Notes: generated from the sequence alone by a model not told the origin. Counted from the stretch's first letter, positions 9,372 to 18,825 are shown. The stretch is 64,000 nucleotides of DNA from an uncultured Treponema sp. (GCA_905372025.1 CAJPNP010000012.1:946-64945); one strand, 5' to 3'. Program-made: numbers and translations.

Positions 9372-9879
9372 ACGGACCCCAATACTTTTTTTCAACACGG
9401 ATAAGCGCATCCTTAAACTCCGTTCCGTTTAGAGTACAACTGACATAATAACATTGGTCTTTTACATCTTCCACTTTTATCGTCCGATCAAATCCGAAAT
9501 AATAGCGGTAATAACCGTTATCCGTCATTTTTTCCGCTTTGTATAACTTAGACTCATCCAACACAATATCATCTGCAGTAAAAATAATTTTACCGTTTTG
9601 ATCTTTTACCGTAAAATCCGAGATTTTTATAGAGGGTGCTTTTCCCGTTTTATTGTAAAATTTCATACCCACTACATACCACTCGTCTACATAATCACTA
9701 CGTTTAACAAAATATGCAAACACCAAATTGTTATCAAACATACGTTCTTGAGAAAAATCATAATTTTTTTTTTCAAAAACCTTAAAGTCTTTGCTTTCAT
9801 AACGGATTACTTTATAAGTTTTGCAAGAAGTAAAAAACATAAGCACTCCCAACAAGATAAAAAATACGTATTTATTCAT
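9364..9879 (-). CDS. Lipoprotein, candidate immunity protein
   Basis: MNKYVFFILLGVLMFFTSC lipobox; starts 5 nt after the orphan toxin stop; stop overlaps the HlyD-fragment ATG (ATGA); AT-rich. Confidence 0.7.
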   Translation of the reverse strand: MNKYVFFILLGVLMFFTSCKTYKVIRYESKDFKVFEKKNYDFSQERMFDNNLVFAYFVKRSDYVDEWYVVGMKFYNKTGKAPSIKISDFTVKDQNGKIIFTADDIVLDESKLYKAEKMTDNGYYRYYFGFDRTIKVEDVKDQCYYVSCTLNGTEFKDALIRVEKKYWGPFV

Positions 9880-9883
9880 CAGC

Positions 9884-10546
9884 TTACCGTTCATTTCCCA
9901 ATGCATAATAGGGAAGCATATCGCAAAAAAAGTGTCCGGTACCCGTTACCAAGAATTTGCTTCCGTCGGTTATAAGATTCCCAATCCCCTCAAAATCGGT
10001 AATACTGTCGGGTACACCGGGCAAAGGAGACGGTGTTACATAATTATAGGTTCCTTTATAGCGAGAATCCGTATACAATTTATACGAACCGTCGGATGAA
10101 AAATCTTTGGTATATACCGCTTCTCTACCGTCTTTATTGGTAAATTTCATCTCAGGACTTCCTATTCCGTTTTGATGATATTTAGCCAAGCCTTCGCCTA
10201 CATCGTTCCAAGCTTCGTCATCAATGATCACTTCATTATAAGACGGTAAGTTTTTATTTTTTGCATCTCTATCTTCATAGTGCCATTTTGTCGCTTCTTT
10301 CCACACGTGTTGCGCTGCTTGCAGTGCATTATCTTTCGCTTCTCGCATTCTTTTTTGAAAGTCGTCGAAAGTATCATTTACAGCATCTTTTGTTTTATCG
10401 AAAAAATTACGCAATCTCGTCTTTCCCTTCGGCGCAAATTCTACTGCCGGATTCGGCTTTTGCGGCAAGCCGTTTCCTTGCCCTTGCTGTGCAGGCGGCT
10501 TAGGCGCCGGTTGACTTTGCGCAGGCGGATGATAACCGCTCCCGCC
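9884..10546 (-). pseudogene. Orphan C-terminal toxin cassette (no leader, no proper start)
   Basis: Begins with linker repeat A (GGSGYHPPAQSQPAPKPPAQQGQGNGLPQKPNPAV), then a distinct domain HYEDRD...KYHQNG...KFTNKDGREAVY...GTYNY...GHFFCDMLPYYALGN reminiscent of Rhs-type C-terminal tips. Confidence 0.7.
10442..10540. repeat. 99-bp direct repeat A, copy 1 (toxin linker)
   Basis: Matches 15500..15598 with one mismatch (10481 C vs 15539 T). Confidence 0.95.
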
Positions 10547-11782
10547 TTACGGTATCTTGCTGAAGTCAAGATATTCTTTCGGACGCACAAAGCCGTCTTT
10601 ATCTGAATACAGCATGTATTCGTCATTGTATAAAACAATCCAATAACCGCACGATGAATACAATATTTTATCGAAGACGGGCCTTGTCACAAACTCACCC
10701 CGTTCATTCATAAGCCCCCATTTCCATTGCCTTTCCCCGGCAGGTTTACCGTATATAATATGTCCGTCGTTAAAGTCGCCGTCCAATGTATAATCCTGAG
10801 GAAGAATAAAAACATCATTGTCCCGTATATCGACCAATTTCCAGCCGGACGCTCTGTATCCGGAAGCATTCCGCACCTTGCGCTCGGCGCTTACCGGCAT
10901 GTATCGCACCGCACAGACGCTGCCGGAATAATTTTTAACTTCGTAATATGTCGGCTTTATTTGCCAGTTTCCCGTTACGTCAATCAGCCCCGTTGCGGCG
11001 GCGGTTTCTTCTTCGTTATCATAATAAACGGAGGCTGCCGGTATAAAACCGTTTATTACACACTCTCCCAAATAGGCATATTTTGCGGAAAGCAGCTTAC
11101 GTCCCTTTTTATCCATAATTCCCCATAAGCTCATGCTTCGCGTGTGCAAATCAGGATTGCCGTGCTTTTCTCCGAAAACGGCATAACCTTCGGAAAATCC
11201 GTTTAAGATATCGGCACTGACGGGAAAAAGGTATTTTATTTTTAGAAATTTCCCGTATTTATCCATAAAGAACGCTTTATGTTTTTTGAGATCATGATAT
11301 ACGACATAACCTTCGTGAAATCCTCCTGAAAAGCTTGCAACATTCGCATCACAATAGAGTGCTTTCTCGCCGTACACATCATAAAAGCCTTCTTCAATGG
11401 CTTTTGTATCCGCATAAACTAAATACCAAAACATTTGTTCGGATATCCAATTTCTTGCCAAGGGATCAGAATCCGGATACTGAAAGACAATGTTTCCGTT
11501 TATATCGGCAACAAAACAAACCGGTTGTCCATTTTTGTTACCGATCAAAGCATAACCATCGGAGAAATTTTCTTTGATATAATAGTTTTCTGAAAAAACA
11601 ACAACTGCTTTATCTTCGTTAAAAAGCCCGCTTACGAAATCTCCTTGCTCCCCCATCCGGAAAGTTATCAATTTTTTCTCTGGACGAGGTACCGTATTTT
11701 GTTTATTAATCGTCGGTCTGCAGCTAAAAAAGACTGTTGCCAAAAGTATAATGATACAAATAAAAGTGAACTTTTTTTGCAT
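10547..11782 (-). CDS. WG (KWG-like) repeat lipoprotein, candidate immunity/accessory protein
   Basis: Lipobox VFFSC; repeats FSDGYALI, FHEGYVVY, FSEGYAVF, WGIMDKKG, WGLMNERG. Confidence 0.8.
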   Translation of the reverse strand: MQKKFTFICIIILLATVFFSCRPTINKQNTVPRPEKKLITFRMGEQGDFVSGLFNEDKAVVVFSENYYIKENFSDGYALIGNKNGQPVCFVADINGNIVFQYPDSDPLARNWISEQMFWYLVYADTKAIEEGFYDVYGEKALYCDANVASFSGGFHEGYVVYHDLKKHKAFFMDKYGKFLKIKYLFPVSADILNGFSEGYAVFGEKHGNPDLHTRSMSLWGIMDKKGRKLLSAKYAYLGECVINGFIPAASVYYDNEEETAAATGLIDVTGNWQIKPTYYEVKNYSGSVCAVRYMPVSAERKVRNASGYRASGWKLVDIRDNDVFILPQDYTLDGDFNDGHIIYGKPAGERQWKWGLMNERGEFVTRPVFDKILYSSCGYWIVLYNDEYMLYSDKDGFVRPKEYLDFSKIP

Positions 11783-11808
11783 TGCAATACCTTTTATTGA
11801 TTTTATAA

Positions 11809-12279
11809 TTATTCCAAAATAATTTCATATTTTTTGACGGTCATGGTTTTTAAATCTATTTCCAATGCGACGGCCGTATCCATTTCAATATATTTGCCGT
11901 CTTGATATCGTACATAGTTCGCTGAAGTCGGGAACGACAAATTTCGCGAACTTATATATGAACCTTTCAGGTTTTCCGGCAATACATAAACGGCGTTTCC
12001 TTTTGCGTCGTATACACCTGTCCGCGTAATTTCACCCAGATAATGCTCGCCGTCCTTATCGGTATAAAACAGTTTTATGACATTCAGCAATTCTTTATAT
12101 TCTTTATCCGTATAATCGAAGTATGTTAATCCGGAGCCGCGGTACCTAAGCAAGACTTTAATATTTGCAGGTTTTACGCGAATTTCTTTCGTTTGCCATT
12201 CTTCTTGCGCGCTTTGGCAATATATGATTGCCGTTATGAAAATCAAAAATAATAAACCCGCTTTGAGCGCTCGCCGCAT
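11809..12279 (-). CDS. Exported protein, candidate immunity protein for the LysM-NlpC/P60 tip
   Basis: ATG at 12279, 2 nt after the upstream stop; signal peptide MRRALKAGLLFLIFITAIIYCQSA; AT-rich. Confidence 0.65.
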   Translation of the reverse strand: MRRALKAGLLFLIFITAIIYCQSAQEEWQTKEIRVKPANIKVLLRYRGSGLTYFDYTDKEYKELLNVIKLFYTDKDGEHYLGEITRTGVYDAKGNAVYVLPENLKGSYISSRNLSFPTSANYVRYQDGKYIEMDTAVALEIDLKTMTVKKYEIILE

Positions 12280-12280
12280 A

Positions 12281-13442
12281 TTATTTCTCCAGTTCTGTAA
12301 AATTAATCTGTAACTGTACGGTAGGAGAAGTCTTTGTAGAAAAAGGAGTAAAAGTCTGATTAACATATCCCGGTACAGCCGTATATATCTGGCCATTAGT
12401 TGGCATACCGTTATTTCTTCCAATAGTCCATGTATTATCACTAGAAGTAGCATCAATAACTTGCTCTTTTATCTCTCCAAATAATTGTCCGACCCCCACA
12501 TTGACATGATCTATTACGCCATCTATATTCCAGTCATAACCATTAAGAACCCCTGCCTTACCTTGCCTATTGTTATCAACGTTTCCAAAAGGAGAAATAC
12601 CTTTTACAGCACCTTTTGCAAGGGCATCAGCTGTTATTCCATCTGGTATTTTATAGCCCATATCTTTTAACGGACCAAGAACCGAACCATTGCAAAAGCC
12701 TGCATCCTCATAAGTTTTTCCTCTCATTTCTCGCATACGTCTTGCATACTCATTTGATAAAGCTTTTTGTATATCTTCAGGCTTTCTTTGTTCTTCCAAA
12801 GGTTGCGATGCAGGAAAATTTTCTTTGCTTTGCCAATTTCCGCCCCTACTCTTTTCTACATAACTTTCGGCATTCGTTTTATTTACATTCCCGAACTTAT
12901 TCCATAGCCTGTCAAAAAAACCGGATATCTTCGAGCGAACACCCTGTGTCTCCGTATTTTGCATGCCCTCTTCCTGCCTCATGCCGGTTTGAGCCTTATT
13001 CTCTGAAAGAGGCTGTCCTCCGCCCGTTCGCACTCCCGTTTCCGGCCGGTAACCGCTTTCTCGTCTGCCTCCCCACAAAGAACCCCGTCCCGACGAAGTC
13101 CTCCGTTCTTCTCGTGAAGTCCCTCCTCCTGCCGTACCGCCGCCTACAGGCGCTTTACCTTCCCGGTTATTTTGTTTCACAGGCTCACCCCCGGAAGAAC
13201 TCTGCGCAGGTTTTTCAAATAGTATCTTTTGCCCCGGCTCTATCTTATCTATATCTTTTATTCCGCTGTTTGCCGCCGCCTCTTTTACTCGGCGTACTAT
13301 TTCTTCTTTGCTCGCCCCCGGATACTGCTTCCTTACTATATCGCTTAACGTATCTCCCTTTCGTACCGTATACTCCGCTCCCCTACTCTTCTTCTCTTCT
13401 TTACTCTTTGGCTCTCTGTCCTTCAGTCCCCCTCCGGCAGAG
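12281..13442 (-). pseudogene. 5'-truncated toxin cassette: LysM domain + Gly/Ser linker + NlpC/P60-like C-terminal domain
   Basis: LysM YTVRKGDTLSDIV...GIKDIDKIEPGQKILF; C-terminal MRGKTY...FCNGSV...MGY...ITADAL...DGVIDHVNVGVG (Cys-His dyad). The 5' end abuts repeat B out of frame; the upstream ATG at 13513 lies in an alternative frame of the HlyD fragment. Confidence 0.7.
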
Positions 13443-13608
13443 GCACCGTTTCTTCCATTTTGCCGAAAATAACCCAGCACAGGGCTGCAACGAACAGCGA
13501 AACGATAATCCATATCGTCAGCGACAGTTCTTTCGGCTCTTTATACAACAATATTTCCTGACTGTATTCAAGTCTGTCTAAGGTATACAGCTCTACGGGT
13601 TCTTTCAT
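13423..13608 (-). pseudogene. 5' fragment of an HlyD/bacteriocin secretion accessory protein gene (copy 2)
   Basis: Same MKEPVELYTL...GKMEETV as copy 1, then diverges (PLPEGD*). Confidence 0.7.
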
Positions 13609-13612
13609 ACAA
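13443..13612. repeat. 170-bp direct repeat B, copy 2
   Basis: Identical by eye to 9202..9371. Confidence 0.95.
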
Positions 13613-14423
13613 CCTCGTTATTCTTTTTTGCGGCTGCCAAAATCCTTTTGCGCTTAAACCAAAATAAAATAGCCCCCACGGGAATACCGAACATAATATG
13701 CCATGTGCCGCCATTTGTAAGCGCGGCGGCAGATAAAAGATGTATATGTAAAAGTCCCGTACGCAGCGCTCCTGTCGTCCAATTTATATCGACGGCACCG
13801 AAACCGACGGAAATAAAAAGCAGCCACGGTATTTTTTGCTTCAGCGGAAAGTGCGTACATAAACAAAGAACAAACATGCAAAGCGAATACACGGGCATAA
13901 GCAACGCAAAAAACAGTATAACGTAATGCTTAGCGTTTTTATTCATTAAAGTAAACTTATTGATATTTTTTTGCGAATCGGCTGTTCTTGTAATATTGGC
14001 TCCGATAACACTCAATCCGTTCTCATTGCGTTCAAGCAAAATTCGCATCACTGCATATTGATTGTTTTCAAACTCGTATTCATACACAAAATCATAACGA
14101 CTGAAATCGCCGGATTTGAGCGATTTAAACTTTTTGTATTGCCACTGCAACAGCGATAGATTTTTTACATTTTCTTTCGGATACAGCAAAATAAACCTTT
14201 CAAACCCTTCCGGAGTTAAGTCGGCTTTAAGTTCTTCACCGGCATGATTATACGCATATTCATAATCGCCTGCTCTGAGTTTTTCCAGCCAGTTTTGTGC
14301 AAACTCCGCTTCTTCCTGTAGAATAAAATCGGCCTTTTCCCCTTGTTTGCATGAGGCGCAACACACCCCCACCACAACAATCAATAACAAACCAAACATC
14401 TTAAGAAAACACCGGTTTTTCAT
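13605..14423 (-). CDS. Lipoprotein-signal protein with C-terminal TM helices, candidate immunity/accessory protein
   Basis: VVVGVCCASC signal; soluble domain (WLEKLRAGDYEYAY) then about 3 TM segments; stop overlaps the HlyD-fragment ATG. Confidence 0.65.
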   Translation of the reverse strand: MKNRCFLKMFGLLLIVVVGVCCASCKQGEKADFILQEEAEFAQNWLEKLRAGDYEYAYNHAGEELKADLTPEGFERFILLYPKENVKNLSLLQWQYKKFKSLKSGDFSRYDFVYEYEFENNQYAVMRILLERNENGLSVIGANITRTADSQKNINKFTLMNKNAKHYVILFFALLMPVYSLCMFVLCLCTHFPLKQKIPWLLFISVGFGAVDINWTTGALRTGLLHIHLLSAAALTNGGTWHIMFGIPVGAILFWFKRKRILAAAKKNNEVV

Positions 14424-14458
14424 AATACCCCTTTACAGTCCTCTGAAATTTAAGCCGC

Positions 14459-14899
14459 TTATGAAGGCGTGGAAAAAGTTTTTTTAACCATTACCTCCAA
14501 TTCTTCCACACTTATCTTTGAATATTTTACCAACGGGATAATCTCCTTTAATGCGGCATAGTTCGCCTTTGTGTATGCAAAACAAAAAGTTTTGATCATC
14601 GTACCGACAGCAAATCCGCGCCCGCCGCAAGTTCCGATACTTATAATTTCAATATCGGTAAACGGGAATTCTTTTTTTGAAAAAACCGATATCTCCGTAA
14701 AACTTTTTTTATTTACTAAAAGATCATGTTGGGGAATACCTGCTAAAAGCCCCATGCAACCCCATAAAAGTAATACGAAAGGAATATCGCCTAACCGCCC
14801 TTTTTCTCCCGTAATCCCTGTCCATATGACCCATAAAAGCCAGAGGCCTATACTTATAAAAGATCCGATGATATATGATATTCGAGAGGTTTTATTCAT
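14459..14899 (-). CDS. Small membrane protein, candidate immunity protein
   Basis: Two N-terminal TM helices then a soluble tail; starts 16 nt after the toxin stop. Confidence 0.65.
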   Translation of the reverse strand: MNKTSRISYIIGSFISIGLWLLWVIWTGITGEKGRLGDIPFVLLLWGCMGLLAGIPQHDLLVNKKSFTEISVFSKKEFPFTDIEIISIGTCGGRGFAVGTMIKTFCFAYTKANYAALKEIIPLVKYSKISVEELEVMVKKTFSTPS

Positions 14900-14914
14900 A
14901 GCTTTCTCTTCACT

Positions 14915-16021
14915 TTACGGAGTTGCACTGCTTTTGTTTATAAAAGATGTTATCCCCGTGACTCCACATCGCGTATGTGCTTCTAAAAGGCTTTGCCCAA
15001 CACCAAGTCCAAAAGAGCCCGTGGTTCCGATATGTTTGTGATTCATATTAAAAACCATATCACCCCCAACGGAAATCCCCGACGTAACTGTGGAACTACA
15101 AATAGAACCACCCATTGCACAATATAGTCCCGCCGCGTCTTCTTTACTCGTAAAGGAACCGGCAGTCATTGCAAGTGAACCGGAAACGCCTGCTCCCGCA
15201 CCCGCTTCCGTTCCGGCATATCCGCCTATATCTTCAATATTTGCCGCCGTTAACGCTGCACCGGTTACCCGCGCGACAGGGTTAGCACTCGTTAATAATT
15301 TAGTTGATAAATTAAACAAATTATCATTTTTAGGATTTATGTAGATACCTGCTCCTGCAGCACCTGATACCATCGTTACCGTTCCGCTTGCAGAAACTCC
15401 TGCCGTATAAATCGTTTTTGCACCGTCATTTTTAAAGAAGGTATTGGTAATTTTATCTATAAGCCCTCTTATTCCCTTTTTTTCTGCAGGTAAAGCAGGT
15501 ACTGCCGGATTCGGCTTTTGCGGCAAGCCGTTTCCTTGTCCTTGCTGTGCAGGCGGCTTAGGCGCCGGTTGACTTTGCGCAGGCGGATGATAACCGCTTC
15601 TGCCGCCTCCCGATGAGCCGCTATCCCGATCGGAATCCCTATCCCGCTCCGCTCGGTCAAACGATCCGCCTCCTCCTGATGAGCCGCTGTTTCGCCCGGA
15701 ACTTCCTCCGCTCGACGTATCTCGCTTTGTAGGCGGTGAGCATTCAGTACGCGGTGCACCGCCGCCTTGTGTAGGAGATCTCTCTTCTCCCTTATTCGGG
15801 CCGCCGGAACTTGAAGAGCCTCCGGAAGACCTTTCTCTGGGTGCATTACTTGAATGAGGACAGGTGTCCGAGTTTCTGTCGGTTCTCGGATCGTCTTTTA
15901 CCTGTCGCCTTCCGTTTACCTCAAGCAATTCTTCAAAGCTTAACTCATATGCTCCCCACAAGGCAAACTCTTCTGCAGTAGGCATTCGGCGTTCCGTTAA
16001 TTCTTTTTTGCCCTTAAACAT
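14915..16021 (-). CDS. Polymorphic toxin/large bacteriocin precursor 1 (double-glycine-type leader, Ser/Gly linker, Gly-rich C-terminal domain)
   Basis: SD GAGGAG; leader ...YELSFEELLEVNG-RR; low-complexity linker containing repeat A; C-terminal Gly/Ala-rich alternating-hydrophobic segments. Confidence 0.75.
   Translation of the reverse strand: MFKGKKELTERRMPTAEEFALWGAYELSFEELLEVNGRRQVKDDPRTDRNSDTCPHSSNAPRERSSGGSSSSGGPNKGEERSPTQGGGAPRTECSPPTKRDTSSGGSSGRNSGSSGGGGSFDRAERDRDSDRDSGSSGGGRSGYHPPAQSQPAPKPPAQQGQGNGLPQKPNPAVPALPAEKKGIRGLIDKITNTFFKNDGAKTIYTAGVSASGTVTMVSGAAGAGIYINPKNDNLFNLSTKLLTSANPVARVTGAALTAANIEDIGGYAGTEAGAGAGVSGSLAMTAGSFTSKEDAAGLYCAMGGSICSSTVTSGISVGGDMVFNMNHKHIGTTGSFGLGVGQSLLEAHTRCGVTGITSFINKSSATP
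15500..15598. repeat. 99-bp direct repeat A, copy 2
   Basis: Matches 10442..10540; its core also recurs at 22157..22202. Confidence 0.95.
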
Positions 16022-16156
16022 ACTATGCTCCTCTTTCTTTTAATTTTCAGTAGAGAATAGGCAAAGTTGTTTTGCACACGGAAGATTGATTTTCAGATAA
16101 GGATGTAAAACTAAGAAGCAGTCCCGATACAGGGACTCTATCGGCTCTACCTTTTA

Positions 16157-16186
16157 ATCTTATAGGACACTTTCAGCTTTTGTCAA
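16157..16186 (-). promoter_or_regulatory. Probable sigma70 promoter of toxin locus 1
   Basis: Minus strand TTGACA-18 nt-TAAGAT (or 16 nt-TATAAG), about 135 nt upstream of the precursor ATG. Confidence 0.55.
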
Positions 16187-16285
16187 GACAGCAAAATTTC
16201 TTTTGTATATTTTATTCCGTTAATTGTCCCCGCTCTGTTGCCTGCCGCATACGATTCGGGTATAATGGGAAAAGGAAATGCATAC

Positions 16286-16714
16286 ATGAGCAAAAGATCG
16301 CTGTTTTTTGCGGCTGCCGCCGTATACGAGATAATCCGCCTTTACTTTGTTCTCACCCTTCAAACGGGAACGCCTTCCGCAACGGGAGTTCTGTCGTGGT
16401 ATGCGGCTGTCCCGCTTCTTATGGTGCCTTTTTTTCTATTATATGCGATGGAAAAAGGCGGCGGCGAAAAAGCTTTTGCCGCAAACCTCTACGGCATTAT
16501 AAAGATTGCGGGCACCGCCGGTTTTGCGCTTTTTGTGTGCCGCACATTTTTGCAAACCGATCAGGGACAGCGTCTTTTTATAAACAGATTCGTTTCTCTA
16601 AAAATATTCATATTTGTAATGCTTTTTTTTGTAATTGATGTTATACTGGCTGCGGCGGTTATGATAAAAAATTATAAGCAAAACAAAACAACGGAAGGTG
16701 AACCATGCAAATAA
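16286..16714 (+). CDS. Hypothetical membrane protein (about 4 TM)
   Basis: Hydrophobic ORF overlapping the start of the downstream ATPase; start codon uncertain (16238-16286). Confidence 0.6.
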   Translation: MSKRSLFFAAAAVYEIIRLYFVLTLQTGTPSATGVLSWYAAVPLLMVPFFLLYAMEKGGGEKAFAANLYGIIKIAGTAGFALFVCRTFLQTDQGQRLFINRFVSLKIFIFVMLFFVIDVILAAAVMIKNYKQNKTTEGEPCK

Positions 16715-17838
16715 TTCCCGTTGCGAGCGGAAAAGGCGGCGTAGGCAAAAGCCTTTTGTCCGCAAATCTTGCCATTACCTTGGGCAAAGCCGGAAAAGAC
16801 GTTATCCTTGCCGACCTCGATTTGGGCGCTTCCAACCTGCACTTGGCAATCGGTCAGCAAGCACCTAAAAAAGGCTTGGGAACTTTTTTGTCGGGCGCAT
16901 CGGATTTTGAAGAAATCATCACGCCTTCGGGCTATAAAAACGTGCGCTTTATTGCAGGCGATTCCGAAATTCCCGGACTCACCGCATTGAGCCTGTCGCA
17001 AAAGAACACGCTTATAAAAAAATTCCAGCACATAGAAACCGATTATTTGATTTTGGACTTGGGAGCGGGAACGCATTTAACCATTTTGGATATGTTTTTG
17101 CTTTCGCCGCAGGGTATCCTCGTTACGGCCCCGACCGTTACGGCAACGCTGAACGGCTATCTGTTTTTGAAAAACGTGCTGTTCCGCCTTATGTACAATT
17201 CGTTTAAAAAGAATTCGAAAGCATACCAATATCTTGAACAATTAAAAAACGACGCTTCGTCGCTGCAGCGGCTGTACATTCCCAAACTGACGGAAACCAT
17301 CATCCGGCTGGACCCGAAAAGCGCGGAAGTTTTTATTAAACGCATTCAAAAATTCAAGCCGCGCCTCGTTATGAACATGATCGAAAACCCGAAAGACGCC
17401 GACCGCGCGATGAAGATACGCCGCTCATGCACCGAATATTTGGGACTGACGATGGACTATTTGGGCGTTGTGTACCGCGACCCGATGCAGGACGTGGCGC
17501 TTTCATCCCGCCTTCCGATAACGGTGTACAAACCGCAGTCGATTTTGTCGCAGTCGATTTACCGCATCGCCGATAAAATCATGCAGTCGGAAGATTTGAA
17601 TTTCGATGACGCGGGACTCCCCGCCGACAGCTTTGACCTTGTGGGGACCGAAGCCGAAGAAGACTACGAAGCGAAGATGTCTTACGTAGAAGATTTAATC
17701 GGAAGCGGCGCCTTAACGACAGCGGAACTTGCCGACACGATAAAGGCTCAGCAATACGAAATCACTCAGCTGCGAAAAGAAAACGTGCTTTTAAAATCGA
17801 AAATCGTAAAAGCGCACGCGCAAGGCTTCAGACTTTAA
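16705..17838 (+). CDS. MinD/FlhG-family P-loop ATPase with C-terminal coiled coil
   Basis: Deviant Walker A ASGKGGVGKS, DLDLGASNLH, ILDLGAG. Confidence 0.85.
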   Translation: MQIIPVASGKGGVGKSLLSANLAITLGKAGKDVILADLDLGASNLHLAIGQQAPKKGLGTFLSGASDFEEIITPSGYKNVRFIAGDSEIPGLTALSLSQKNTLIKKFQHIETDYLILDLGAGTHLTILDMFLLSPQGILVTAPTVTATLNGYLFLKNVLFRLMYNSFKKNSKAYQYLEQLKNDASSLQRLYIPKLTETIIRLDPKSAEVFIKRIQKFKPRLVMNMIENPKDADRAMKIRRSCTEYLGLTMDYLGVVYRDPMQDVALSSRLPITVYKPQSILSQSIYRIADKIMQSEDLNFDDAGLPADSFDLVGTEAEEDYEAKMSYVEDLIGSGALTTAELADTIKAQQYEITQLRKENVLLKSKIVKAHAQGFRL

Positions 17839-17847
17839 GGATAACCT

Positions 17848-18825
17848 ATGTTTTTGGCAATACAATACCCTTCATGGCTCCATCCGCAAATTTTTCCCGG
17901 AGTTCCGTTTTTAAACATCATACATTGGTACGGTCTTATGTACGTGTGCGCGTTTGCAACCGCCATATGGATTTTTACCAAACTGCAAAAAGAAGGCATG
18001 CTCGATTCGCCTGAAAAAAAAGCGACGCAGGATGACGTTTTCAGCTTTTTTACCTTCGGCATTGTCGGTCTGCTGTTAGGCGCCCGCGTGTTCTCTACGC
18101 TTGTATACGACCAAAGCGGCGTATACCGGCAGGAACCCTGGCTTATTTTTTGGCCGTTCAGCAAATCCGGTACATTCACCGGTTTAGCCGGCATGTCGTA
18201 TCATGGCGGCTTTATCGGCGGCATGGCGGGCATGCTTATATGGTGCGCCAAAAACAAACGCCCCGCACTGCAATGGATGGACGCAATGGGAACGGCGATT
18301 CCGCTCGGCTATACATTCGGACGGCTCGGCAACTTTTTTAACGCCGAACTGTACGGGCGCATTACGACCGTTCCGTGGGGTATGATTTTCCCCGATGCGC
18401 CGAAGTTTTCGCTGTCGATCGGTTGGGTACGCAAAATAGCCGAAGAAGCCGGTTTGCGTATTGCCGCCGATGCGACGCTCGTCAATTTACCGCGCCACCC
18501 CAGTCAATTGTACGAAGCCTTTTTTGAAGGCATTATCCTTTTTGCGCTTTTATGGTTTTTGCGCAAAAAAAAGCCCTTCCACGGTTTTTTAACCGCAGTC
18601 TATACGGGAGGCTATGGCATCGTACGCTTTATTATAGAATATTTCCGCGAGCCCGATGCCGACATCGGCTACCGAATCAGCGTACAAGCCGACGCGCCCA
18701 TTTACTTTAATCAGTCATTGCTTAATTTATCGACCGGACAAGTTTTTTGCCTTGCGATGATTTTATCTTCGTGCATACTTCTCGCTGTCCTGGCAATCCT
18801 CAACCGGAAGCGCCGGCCGTCATAA
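17848..18825 (+). CDS. lgt: Prolipoprotein diacylglyceryl transferase
   Basis: HWYGLMY, GARVF, GMSYHGG, GRLGNFFNAELYGR, RHPSQLYE, RFIIEYFREPD. Confidence 0.97.
   Translation: MFLAIQYPSWLHPQIFPGVPFLNIIHWYGLMYVCAFATAIWIFTKLQKEGMLDSPEKKATQDDVFSFFTFGIVGLLLGARVFSTLVYDQSGVYRQEPWLIFWPFSKSGTFTGLAGMSYHGGFIGGMAGMLIWCAKNKRPALQWMDAMGTAIPLGYTFGRLGNFFNAELYGRITTVPWGMIFPDAPKFSLSIGWVRKIAEEAGLRIAADATLVNLPRHPSQLYEAFFEGIILFALLWFLRKKKPFHGFLTAVYTGGYGIVRFIIEYFREPDADIGYRISVQADAPIYFNQSLLNLSTGQVFCLAMILSSCILLAVLAILNRKRRPS

Noticed and set aside
9202..15598. Direct repeats as IS ends, prophage att sites, integron attC sites or a CRISPR array
   Set aside because: The repeats are protein-coding fragments, irregularly spaced and non-palindromic; no transposase, integrase or cas gene is nearby.
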